In this document: positions 37,479-46,593 of the stretch, piece by piece
Layout of the letters: each line of letters begins with the position of its first letter
How positions within the stretch are numbered: position 1 is the stretch's first letter
Program-made: the position numbers and the translations under genes
The notes under the pieces: model-generated
What the model was told of the DNA's origin: nothing
Seen by the model: the letters and a program-made list of their open reading frames with translations, nothing else
Database searches by the model: none
NCBI GenBank assembly: GCA_046297935.1
Contig: JBKBHA010000004.1
Location: 297,447-361,446, forward strand
Length of the DNA: 64,000 bases
Source of the DNA: Chitinophagaceae bacterium
Lineage (GTDB): Bacteria > Bacteroidota > Bacteroidia > Chitinophagales > Chitinophagaceae
Direction of reading: 5' to 3'

Positions 37479-37883
37479 AAATCGTTTGCCATGAATCTTG
37501 CAAAGCGCATTAATTGCAGGATACCGGAAGCTGCGATATTGCTGATCGAATTGAAGTCGGCTGAAAACAATTCCTGAGCCGATTGAAAGAACCATACACC
37601 AATAATCCAAATTTATCACCCTTGCAAGCGCAGATTGAATTGGGACTTCCAGCGAATAGGGCATTGCCGACATCAGTTCTAAAAATTAATGTTACTGGCT
37701 TAGACCCTGCTTTGGTTAGAAGAGTAACAGGAAATCTACCGGGTATGGGTGCTGGAGGAGGGACCGAGTTCCTGTTCAATCAAAAGATACCATCAAACCT
37801 AATTCAAAGTCTCAAATAGGAGTAACAATGAGTAGTAGAATTAAGACGGCGGTCGAATTTTTGAATGAAGGCAGGGCGGCCTT

Positions 37884-39221
37884 TTGTCGGCGCCGGACCA
37901 GGCAGGCATCGGCGGAAAAGGCCTGACGCTTACAGACCTGCAGACCCTGAACAGTGGATTAATTCCTTCTGGCTTTATTCGAGGAGCTAATGGTGAGTCC
38001 GGCACAGTACCAAAAGCTTACATCAACTTCATACTGTTGGATGATCAGTTCCGGTTCGTCAGTGGGGATTTCAGTCGGGTAGGCGCTAGTGGCACTGTTA
38101 AGGATCATTGGTATACTGACGGGCAGTTGCAGGATATTGACGTGGCAAAAAATGGGTATCTTTATGTGTACGTGAGCAACGAGAGCAATGCTGATGTGTT
38201 CTTTGATAATCTGCAGGTAATACACACGCGAGGGCCAATTCTGGAAGAAACGCATTACTACCCGTTTGGACTTACTATGCAGGGAATATCTTCCAATGCA
38301 CTATCGTTCGGAAGTCCTGATAATAAATTAAAGTTTAACGGGAAGGAAGAACAACGACAAGAATTCTCTGATGGAAGTGGACTTGAATGGTTAGACTATG
38401 GAGCAAGGATGTATGATAATCAGATTGGTAGGTGGCATGTTCAGGATAAGTTTTCAGAAGTAATGTATGGCTGGAGCCCTTATCAATATGTATTTAACAA
38501 CCCACTCAGATTTGTAGATGTAAATGGAGATGTTCCCGGTCCGCCCCTCTTTTATTTTAAGACAAGAGATGATGCAGCTTATTATTGGGCGTTAATATAT
38601 TCGAAGCAGTCTAATGCTGAGCAAGCAGAATATTCTGGCATTATATATAGCTTTACACATAAAGGCGAAACTGTTTATGGCTTCACGAAAGGATTTAGGT
38701 ATTATGAGGACGAACATCCAGGTAAAAAACCATTTAGGAAGTCACCTGGTCCCGGTGATAATCCTGCTGTAAACTGGGACGACGAAATGCCAGAAGGGGC
38801 TAAAAAGGAAGCCCATATTCATATTCACCATGCTGCAACTGGAAAAGGTAATGATACATTTTCTTGGGGGCCTCGCTCGGATGAAGAATTAATGCCTAAA
38901 CACCCGGACTTGTGGTGGTATTTGGTTAATAATATCGGAGAGCTAAGAGTTAGAAGAGGTGCGAAAATATTTGTAGGCCATGGTGCAGAAAGATTAACAT
39001 GGGGTAATTTTTACGAGACAACGAATCTAGATAATCGACCGACTACTACTTCGTTGTATGAGGGTAACCGAAAAATGTATCACACATTATCTGAAAAGTA
39101 TGAGTGGACCTTTCAATTAACTCAGCTGTTAATGAGTTCTTATATAAATTCCTTGCATCAGGGTTCGACGGAAGAAAAGCAAGATGTAAAAAAAGTTGAA
39201 CCACCTAAGAAAGCTTTTTAA
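37884..39221 (+). CDS. Orphan, 5'-truncated RHS repeat-associated core C-terminus fused to a C-terminal polymorphic toxin domain of unknown family
   Basis: RHS core-end motifs [18 protein letters not shown] ... [19 protein letters not shown] (a degenerate DPxGL). There is an in-frame stop just upstream of the listed TTG start, and no N-terminal RHS repeats. The CT half is AT-rich. Confidence 0.65.
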   Translation: MSAPDQAGIGGKGLTLTDLQTLNSGLIPSGFIRGANGESGTVPKAYINFILLDDQFRFVSGDFSRVGASGTVKDHWYTDGQLQDIDVAKNGYLYVYVSNESNADVFFDNLQVIHTRGPILEETHYYPFGLTMQGISSNALSFGSPDNKLKFNGKEEQRQEFSDGSGLEWLDYGARMYDNQIGRWHVQDKFSEVMYGWSPYQYVFNNPLRFVDVNGDVPGPPLFYFKTRDDAAYYWALIYSKQSNAEQAEYSGIIYSFTHKGETVYGFTKGFRYYEDEHPGKKPFRKSPGPGDNPAVNWDDEMPEGAKKEAHIHIHHAATGKGNDTFSWGPRSDEELMPKHPDLWWYLVNNIGELRVRRGAKIFVGHGAERLTWGNFYETTNLDNRPTTTSLYEGNRKMYHTLSEKYEWTFQLTQLLMSSYINSLHQGSTEEKQDVKKVEPPKKAF

Positions 39222-39230
39222 AATGTGTCT

Positions 39231-39893
39231 ATGAAATATTTTTATCTGATTGTCGTAACCTTATTTGCAATTTCCTGTACTAACAATATATGTAAGAGTA
39301 AGCCAATATCTGGTTATGTTTATATTGATATGGAAAAAGAAATAAGCTTGTCACAGTTAATAGAAATTCGAAAAACCCTTATTGAAGCTGAGATAGACAG
39401 GATGGGGGAGATTTCTGGATATGATTCAAACAAACATTCTTTGCAGCTAAAAATCTATACATCGTTTGGCGATACAGAAAATGAAAAGTTGTTCGTTCTT
39501 GAAAAAATTAATAGCAAATGGATGGCCAAAGAGCTTCGATACCAATTTGATATTAGTGCGATGCAGGATACTATATACATTAGAATTAATGCCATCAAAG
39601 ACCTTACACCACAGATATCCTGGGAGGCGTTTTACGATTCCCTTAGGAGCTCGAATATTTTCAAACTATCAGGTGACCATACGTTAGAAGGATATGAAGA
39701 ATCAATGGGTATAGTTGATGGAGTGGAGGTGGTTTTTAGGGATAAATCAGACAGTAATCGGTATAGTTATAGGGAAATTGAGTTAAATAAGAAGTTCCGT
39801 GAAGTGGAAGATTTGGATAAGGTATTAAATTTTATAGAAGGTACTTTCGATGGAAAGTATATTTATAGGTCTTGTTTTTTTAGGGAGAAATAA
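39231..39893 (+). CDS. Putative cognate immunity protein (lipoprotein-like) for the upstream RHS-CT toxin
   Basis: Starts 9-12 nt after the toxin stop, on the same strand. Very AT-rich. N-terminal signal/lipobox-like AISCTNN. No known family. Confidence 0.4.
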   Translation: MKYFYLIVVTLFAISCTNNICKSKPISGYVYIDMEKEISLSQLIEIRKTLIEAEIDRMGEISGYDSNKHSLQLKIYTSFGDTENEKLFVLEKINSKWMAKELRYQFDISAMQDTIYIRINAIKDLTPQISWEAFYDSLRSSNIFKLSGDHTLEGYEESMGIVDGVEVVFRDKSDSNRYSYREIELNKKFREVEDLDKVLNFIEGTFDGKYIYRSCFFREK

Positions 39894-39967
39894 TAAAATG
39901 CATAGTGTATGCCAATAGGTAGTAGGCGGCAGTAAAGAGCAAAAAGATAGATTAGTTACGGGGTGCA

Positions 39968-40910
39968 ATGAGAGTAGCCATGAAGGTTACGGTAATCAAC
40001 AGGAAGCATGCTGGCTATTTAAACAAGCCCGAGATTGCAGGCTTGTCCGTAAGGCATAACCTCGATTTGTGTAACGGTACACAGGTTGAGAAGTTCGTAA
40101 GGCGGGTTGCTGAAAAACTGGAGACCTGCCTGACGGCAGGCAGGCAGCATAACTCTTACAAAGGCTATTGCAGACATAACAGGCCAGGTAGAGCAGTTCA
40201 GGTTACAGCAACTGGGTAAGCAGGAAACCAGAAAGGAGAAGGCTTTAAGCAATGAGGAACGGGAAACAGCCATTCAATTCTTGGAACAAAAAGACCTGCT
40301 GCAAGGAACCAATGAAATGATAGGTAAAAGTGGTGTGATTGGAGAAGAGACAAACAGGCTGCTGATGTACCTGATATTTGCCAGCAGAAAACGAGAGCAT
40401 CCTTTGCATATAATTTCACTCGGTAATAGTGGCATTGGAAAAACTTACTTACAGGAGAAGGTAGGAGAATTGATACCGGAAGAAGATAAGGTAGAGATAA
40501 CTACGCTGTCAGAGAATGCCCTGTACTACTTTGGTCAACGGGAATTGCAACACAAGCTGGTATTGATAGAAGATTGGGATGGTGCAGCGAATGTACTATA
40601 TCCATTGAGAGAGCTGCAAAGCAAAAAGCTCATCGCCAAAACGCTGGCAAAGAAAACAACTACTGGTGAAACTAAGACCGTTCACATCAAGGTAGAAGGG
40701 CCAGTTAGCGTAGCAGGATGCACTACGCAGGAACAGGTATATGAGGATAATGCTAATAGAAGTTTTCTGATTTACATTGATGAGAGCAGGGAGCAGGATG
40801 AAAGGAAAATGGCTTATCAGCGTAGTAAAAGTGCACGGAGAGTAGACCGGGTACAGGAAAGTAAAACAAAACAGTTATTACAGAACACACAAAGAGTAAT
40901 GTTCAAGTGA
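39968..40910 (+). pseudogene. Frameshifted P-loop NTPase gene (primase/helicase- or D5/DUF3987-like). Likely a mobile-element remnant.
   Basis: Walker A LGNSGIGKT and Walker B LVLIED in the 40281.. ORF. The reading frame continues upstream into 39968..40219 in another frame. Confidence 0.4.
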
Positions 40911-41035
40911 GAAATACTTATGCAGAGCAGCTACAACTGCCACACGAATAACAGGATGATCGGCGATGCCATGTTGTACGGCTTTGAGCCGGGCATCGGG
41001 TTCGGTGCTATGCATTGAACGATCACCGGCGAGCT

Positions 41036-42805
41036 CTAAAAATCCAGATCCAGATTCAACTTCTCCCGTAGTTCCTTTACCAGTGGGTATTGCTCCGACA
41101 TTTTTTGAAACTGCTCGCGCGATGAAAGTGGGATTTCCACCTGAGGGCGGTTACCTTCTTTTTCTTCAATCAGTACCACAAACTGCAACTGTCGGTTGTG
41201 CAGCCTTTCCTGCAAAAAGGCAAACAGGGCGTTGCGTTCCTGCTCAATAAATTTTTGCTCAATATTGTTGCTGGTGATTACCTGAAAACTGCATTCGTCT
41301 TCGATCCGCAGTTCCGCCAGCTCGAAGGGCTGGGCTGCCGGGTTGCGGTTACTTTTCAATACCTCCACATAGCCACTCCAGGCCTGTTGCAGATTTTCAC
41401 GGGTAAGAGGCTGGTTACTGGGCGTTTTGTCGCCGAGCGAACTGCCCTTGAACTGACCGCGAATCTGGCTGATATTACCCAGTTTGCCAGCCTTCGCGGC
41501 GGGGCCGGGGGGCTGTGGACGGGTTTCGGTTTGTATTATTAATTTTTCAGGTGCTGGTTCTGCTTTTTTAGCGGGACTACTGGGAGTAGGAGTCGCCTGT
41601 GCCGGTTTGTTTTTTTCAACAATCGGCACCATGGGACGAACTTGCCGGAAAGGAACCGGCTTTACTGATTCAAGCCGTTTTTTTTTACCTGTGTCGCCGG
41701 TCAGTTCCAGCGCCTGCTGCAGGTAGCAAAGCCGAATCAGCGCCAGTTCTACATGCAGACGTTTGTTGCGCGCCGCTTTATAGTTGAGTTCAGCTTCGCC
41801 CAGTACATTCAACGCGCTGATCAGAAAGGAGCTGCTCACTTCGCGCGCTTTTGATAAATATCGATCACGGAAACTCTCCACCACATCAAGCAGCACAGCA
41901 GCTTTTTCATCCTTACACACCAGCAGGTTGCGGATAAACTCGGCCATGCCATTTATCACCAGGTCGCCTTCAAATCCTTTTCGGTTAATTTGATCAAAGA
42001 GCAACATGGCTTCGGCCAGGTTTTGCTGCAACATGGCTTCCAGCAAACGGAAATAATAATCGGCATCCAGAATATTCAGATGCTCCAGCGTATTGTTGTA
42101 GTTTAATTCGCCACCGGTAAAGCTCACTATCTTATCCATGATGCTGAGCGCATCGCGCATACATCCTTCGCTTTTCTGCGCAATTACCTGAAGCGCGGCT
42201 GTTTCGGCCTTCACCGACTCCTTTTGGCAAATGGCTTCCAGGTGTTCTACGGTATCGCGGGTGGTAATACGCTTGAAGTCAAAAATCTGGCATCTACTCA
42301 ATATGGTAGGCAGAATTTTGTGCTTTTCGGTGGTAGCCAGTATAAAGATGGCATAGGGCGGGGGCTCCTCCAGAGTCTTCAAAAAAGCATTGAAGGCCGA
42401 GGAACTGAGCATGTGCACCTCATCGATAATATACACTTTGTATTTGCCGGCCTGTGGTGCAAACCGAACCTGCTCTACCAGGCTGCGGATATCTTCGACC
42501 GAGTTGTTGCTGGCGGCATCGAGCTCATGAATATTGAGAGAGGCGCCATCGTTGAACGCGGTACAGGAGCCACAGGTATTACAGGCTTCTCCTTCGGGTG
42601 TACGGTTTTCGCAGTTAATGGTTTTGGCGAGAATGCGCGCACAGGTGGTTTTACCCACACCCCTGGGACCGCAAAACAAAAATGCATGTGCCAGCTGGTT
42701 ATTGCGGATCGCATTTTTGAGCGTGGTGGTGATGTGCTCCTGTCCAACAACTGTATCGAATGTTTGTGGCCGGTATTTACGGGCCGAAACGATGAATTTT
42801 TCCAT
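41036..42805 (-). CDS. dnaX: DNA polymerase III subunits gamma/tau
   Basis: YRPQTFDTVVGQEHI, Walker A GPRGVGKTT, zinc module CNTCGSC. 589 aa. Confidence 0.9.
   Translation of the reverse strand: MEKFIVSARKYRPQTFDTVVGQEHITTTLKNAIRNNQLAHAFLFCGPRGVGKTTCARILAKTINCENRTPEGEACNTCGSCTAFNDGASLNIHELDAASNNSVEDIRSLVEQVRFAPQAGKYKVYIIDEVHMLSSSAFNAFLKTLEEPPPYAIFILATTEKHKILPTILSRCQIFDFKRITTRDTVEHLEAICQKESVKAETAALQVIAQKSEGCMRDALSIMDKIVSFTGGELNYNNTLEHLNILDADYYFRLLEAMLQQNLAEAMLLFDQINRKGFEGDLVINGMAEFIRNLLVCKDEKAAVLLDVVESFRDRYLSKAREVSSSFLISALNVLGEAELNYKAARNKRLHVELALIRLCYLQQALELTGDTGKKKRLESVKPVPFRQVRPMVPIVEKNKPAQATPTPSSPAKKAEPAPEKLIIQTETRPQPPGPAAKAGKLGNISQIRGQFKGSSLGDKTPSNQPLTRENLQQAWSGYVEVLKSNRNPAAQPFELAELRIEDECSFQVITSNNIEQKFIEQERNALFAFLQERLHNRQLQFVVLIEEKEGNRPQVEIPLSSREQFQKMSEQYPLVKELREKLNLDLDF
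41678..41686 (-). promoter_or_regulatory. A9 homopolymer (GGT AAA AAA AAA CGG, codons 373-377) inside dnaX. Candidate tau/gamma slippage site.
   Basis: T9 on the plus strand is seen directly. The -1 frame stops 2 codons downstream, and the +1 frame 4 codons downstream. Confidence 0.35.
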
Positions 42806-42866
42806 ACCTGCGCGGTAAAATTAGCGGAATTGGCGCAAACAGCGTAAATCGCGAATTTTCGGGAAC

Positions 42867-43628
42867 TTGCAGTTTGAAACCTGCCAAATGCTGCGCAAAG
42901 TCTTCGTTATTCTCTGTTGTTTACTGTTAGCCGGGTCACGGGTATCGGCACAGGAATCCGGAAGGCAGGATATATTCCTGGAATCCCTTTGGGGTCAACT
43001 GGCTTTTCAAATTGGTGCGCCCACCCTGCCAATGCAACGCGCTATCAAAAATCAAATGGGCGATATTGGATTTGGTGCAGGACTGACGGTGCTAAGCAAC
43101 CCGTTTAGCTGGGGCCGAAATAAACGGAATAGTCCGTTTAAATTGGGGGCTGAACTGGGCTACACCTATTATGGTCGCTTTCTGTCAGACGTTAACATCA
43201 ACGGATATAACGGTAGTTATAAAACCAGCTACGGCATACTCAATCTGAATGCGATCGCCCGCGTCTCGCTCAGTCATATGCATCGCATTACTCCCTTCGC
43301 GGAAGTATTGGCAGGGGGCAATTTTTACCTGAGCCGTACGCATGAAAATCTTTCGGTTATTGAATCGGCGTTGGGGATACAGTCATTTGACCTCGATAAT
43401 TTTGCCAGCGTTGGGTTTAATAAAGGGTTGGCTGCCGGCATTGTAGTAGGCCGACCACAGAGCGGTACGGGCGTAGTGTTGAGAGTGTCATACAATGTTG
43501 GCAGCGACATTAAGTATATTGTTCGCAACTCGCTCACCTACGATGCATCTGCCAATCAACTGACGTACAATATATCGAAGGCACCCGTAAAATACTTTAT
43601 GATCCAGCTGGGAATTGGAGGATTTTGA
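42867..43628 (+). CDS. Outer-membrane beta-barrel hypothetical protein
   Basis: Signal peptide, alternating strand pattern, C-terminal ...GIGGF. Confidence 0.4.
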   Translation: MQFETCQMLRKVFVILCCLLLAGSRVSAQESGRQDIFLESLWGQLAFQIGAPTLPMQRAIKNQMGDIGFGAGLTVLSNPFSWGRNKRNSPFKLGAELGYTYYGRFLSDVNINGYNGSYKTSYGILNLNAIARVSLSHMHRITPFAEVLAGGNFYLSRTHENLSVIESALGIQSFDLDNFASVGFNKGLAAGIVVGRPQSGTGVVLRVSYNVGSDIKYIVRNSLTYDASANQLTYNISKAPVKYFMIQLGIGGF

Positions 43629-43642
43629 ACCAGCCTTTGATC

Positions 43643-44836
43643 CTATAAAATTGGATGTGGCTCAAACGGAAGGCTACGATCAAAATTGTACCGGTAAGTA
43701 GTTAACAGACGGCTACGATATGTTCCCAGCGATTCAGCAACATTGATCATTTTCGGATTGAATTCGCCAATCCATTGCATTTCGTAATCATCGTACAGGG
43801 TTTTGGTAATACGGTAACTACCGTCCTCAATCTGTAATCCCTGTATAATTCGGCAGCCTTCCACGATCATGTAACTATCAATTCCCTTGCCCTGCCATTC
43901 GGGTACCACGCCAAATACCAGTCCCACAAACTTGTTACAGGTTTTGGTGCGCTTCACCCAGAGAAATTTGAGTTTGCTTAGCAGGCCGAATTTGCCATGC
44001 AGGTGTCGAAACCACTGATTCAGGTCGGGCAGGTTGATCCAGATAGCAATAGGCTGGTCCTTGTGGTAAACAAACCAGCAGATTTTTTCATCCATCACCG
44101 GTTTCATTTTCTGAAACATTTTCTTCACCACTTTTTCTTCCAGTTGTTTCAGTCCGCCATGGCCCGCCCATGCCTTGTTGTAAACAGTTGCAAAATCTTT
44201 TGCAAATCGGTCCAGTTCTGTTTTCCGGATATGTGCAGCACGAATATCGGGGTCCTTGGCGCATTCGCGATGTCGCTCATAAAATTTTTCCTGCAATCGG
44301 CTATTGGCTTTCAGCGAAAAACAAACCTGATTGAAATAGTTTTTAAACCCATAATTTTCAAACAAGGCCTGATAGTAAGTGGGGTTATAGTTCATGCAAT
44401 AAAGGGGTGGATCAAATCCATTGATCAGGAGGCCCCACCAGCGATCGCGTTCCCCAAAATTGATGGGTCCATCCATGGCCTGCATGCCGCGTTGCAATAA
44501 CCAGTGGCGAGCCACATCAAACAGCATGTCTGCCGCATTCTGATCGTTGATGCAGTCAAAAAAGCCAACGCCACCCACGGGTCCATGATCGTTTTTGTTG
44601 CGATATTTTTTATTGACAAAAGCGGCTATCCGGCCAATACCTTCGCCGTCCTTATCGAGCAGAATCCAACGCGTAGCTTCGCCATGACGGAAAGTCTTGT
44701 TGCTTTTCGGATCGAAAACCGATTCAATATCTTTTGTGAGAGGCTGTATATAATTGGGGTCGTGCCGATGCATCCGCAGGTTGATCTGCAGAAATAGTTG
44801 TTGATCACGCCTGGTTTTTACTTCGATCAGTTGCAT
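43643..44836 (-). CDS. Conserved Bacteroidetes hypothetical protein, possibly GNAT-like acyltransferase. Start trimmed to the internal Met.
   Basis: Family resemblance from memory only. No diagnostic motif checked. Confidence 0.35.
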   Translation of the reverse strand: MQLIEVKTRRDQQLFLQINLRMHRHDPNYIQPLTKDIESVFDPKSNKTFRHGEATRWILLDKDGEGIGRIAAFVNKKYRNKNDHGPVGGVGFFDCINDQNAADMLFDVARHWLLQRGMQAMDGPINFGERDRWWGLLINGFDPPLYCMNYNPTYYQALFENYGFKNYFNQVCFSLKANSRLQEKFYERHRECAKDPDIRAAHIRKTELDRFAKDFATVYNKAWAGHGGLKQLEEKVVKKMFQKMKPVMDEKICWFVYHKDQPIAIWINLPDLNQWFRHLHGKFGLLSKLKFLWVKRTKTCNKFVGLVFGVVPEWQGKGIDSYMIVEGCRIIQGLQIEDGSYRITKTLYDDYEMQWIGEFNPKMINVAESLGTYRSRLLTTYRYNFDRSLPFEPHPIL

Positions 44837-46094
44837 CCGCAAATGTAGGAATAAGCCGCTTTTTGCAGAGTTCGATCTTCTGTTGCAGCAAAACTGATTC
44901 GGCATGTCCCCGGCAGAAATGAAGTGCAAGCGCAAAGTGCTGCAGGGACTGCTCTACCTGATTCAGATCGAGCAAAGCCTGGCCAAGGGCGGCCTGATAC
45001 AAATGCTGTTGTTCCATACCCTTTATTTCAAGCAATTCCCGATGGCAATGTTCAGGACCAAAACAATAGCCAGCTGCAATGGCTTTGTTCATAGCTACAA
45101 ATGGACTGGGGTTAATTTGATATAGCCTGCCGTAGAGTTCGTGAATGGCTGTCCAGTTGGTTTGCGCAAAGCTGGGCGCGGCGGCATGCCAGGAAGCAAT
45201 GCAGGCTTCAAGATGATAGCTGCTATGCTCATTCGATTCCATGGCAGCCTGCAGGTATTCAAATCCTTTTTGTATCAGTGGCTGAAACCAGAGATTCCGG
45301 TTTTGATCCTGAAGTAATACGAGCTGATCCTGTTCGTCGGTTCGCGCGGGCAGACGAGAAGCCTGAAAGCACATTAATGCCATAAGTGCTTTGCAGCGAC
45401 TAGCCGCCGTATGTTTATGTTCGAGCAACAAGTGACAAAGACGCATGGCTTCCCGGCAAAGATCTTCCCTGACCAGTTGAACAGGATGCGAAGAAAGATA
45501 ACCTTCGTTAAAAAGCAGGTAGATAGCCTTCAACACTACATCGAGCCTTTGTTGTAGTTCGGCGCCCTGCGGCACACTCAGTTCCTGCGGACTGCTGCGA
45601 ATTTTCTCGCGGGCGCGATAGATGCGTTTGGAGATAGTTTCAGCATTAGTCAGAAACGCCTGTGCTATTTCGTCGACGTTAAGACCGCATAGCGTACGCA
45701 ACACAAAAGCCACCTGCGATTCCGGTGCAATGCTGGGATGGCAGGCGGCAAAAATCATTCGAAGCTGGCTATCCGAAATTTCGCCGGGTAGAAAACATTG
45801 ATCAACCCATTGCTCCATCTCATACTGTTCCGGATGTTGGCCAGTCAGTTGCCGACTAATTTTTCGAAAACGTTGCTGTCGGCGCAGGTAATCGATCGCT
45901 TTATTTCTAGCAACGCGGTGCAGCCAGGCGGCAGGCTGGTCAGGCATTTTACCATACTTCCAGCTTTGCATGGCCTGCAGCAGGCTGTCTTGTGCAATGT
46001 CTTCGGCAAGACTCATCTGTTCCACGCCGAGCAAACGTGTCAGGGCCGCCACGATGCGGCCATATTCTTCCCGAAATAAGCTCGAGTAATCCAT
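44805..46094 (-). CDS. Sigma-70 family (ECF-type) RNA polymerase sigma factor with a long C-terminal extension
   Basis: Region 2 (AQDSLLQAMQSW..WLHRVARNKAIDYLRR) and region 4 (DEIAQAFLTNAETISKRIYRAREKIR), plus ~250 aa of extra C-terminal domain. A yciI-like gene lies upstream on the same strand. Confidence 0.7.
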   Translation of the reverse strand: MDYSSLFREEYGRIVAALTRLLGVEQMSLAEDIAQDSLLQAMQSWKYGKMPDQPAAWLHRVARNKAIDYLRRQQRFRKISRQLTGQHPEQYEMEQWVDQCFLPGEISDSQLRMIFAACHPSIAPESQVAFVLRTLCGLNVDEIAQAFLTNAETISKRIYRAREKIRSSPQELSVPQGAELQQRLDVVLKAIYLLFNEGYLSSHPVQLVREDLCREAMRLCHLLLEHKHTAASRCKALMALMCFQASRLPARTDEQDQLVLLQDQNRNLWFQPLIQKGFEYLQAAMESNEHSSYHLEACIASWHAAAPSFAQTNWTAIHELYGRLYQINPSPFVAMNKAIAAGYCFGPEHCHRELLEIKGMEQQHLYQAALGQALLDLNQVEQSLQHFALALHFCRGHAESVLLQQKIELCKKRLIPTFADATDRSKNQA

Positions 46095-46157
46095 ATTAGT
46101 TTGTTCGAAACGCCATTTCGCGGCAACATTTGCTGCCGCGAAATGGGCAGTCCGTTA

Positions 46158-46499
46158 TTATCCGAAGTTCATTACCTGTCTTACCTGAACGCTGCCACCG
46201 AGGTCAAAGTCGGGGCAGTCTTTCGCAATCCTGACCGCTTCGTCCATATCTGCGGCTTTGATCACAAAATAGCCTCCCACCACTTCTTTTCCTTCGGTGT
46301 ACGGGCCATCGGTCACCATTTTACCAGCTGCACCCGAAAGTAATTTTCCGCCAGGAATCAGCGCTTCACCCGACAAATAAGTTCCTTTTTCACTTAGCTG
46401 GCCCACCCAGCTCATCCAGCGCGACATGTGCTGTTGCATTTCGTCGGGACTCATTTCATCGGTCTGGCCGCCATGAAAGATTAACATGAACTTTTCCAT
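46158..46499 (-). CDS. YciI-like family protein
   Basis: 113 aa, ferredoxin-like YciI pattern (FVIKAADMDEAVRIAKDCP). A common partner of extended ECF sigma factors. Confidence 0.65.
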   Translation of the reverse strand: MEKFMLIFHGGQTDEMSPDEMQQHMSRWMSWVGQLSEKGTYLSGEALIPGGKLLSGAAGKMVTDGPYTEGKEVVGGYFVIKAADMDEAVRIAKDCPDFDLGGSVQVRQVMNFG

Positions 46500-46593
46500 T
46501 TTTTGATTTTTGAAATTTGAAAATTATGTGTTGACTCTCTATGACGAACAGTGTTGTAAGTACCGGACAAGCCGGACCCTTTTTTTAAAAAAA

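Noticed and set aside
37583-37819. 78-aa ORF upstream of the RHS-CT fragment
   Set aside because: No recognisable motif, and no frame continuity with the RHS ORF. It is likely non-coding remnant DNA of the island.
40966-41250. 94-aa plus-strand ORF
   Set aside because: It overlaps the 3' end of dnaX on the opposite strand. It is a shadow ORF.
46500-46593. Possible terminator hairpin between yciI and the L,D-transpeptidase gene
   Set aside because: Only a short imperfect CCGGAC…CCGGAC repeat with T/A runs. No convincing stem.
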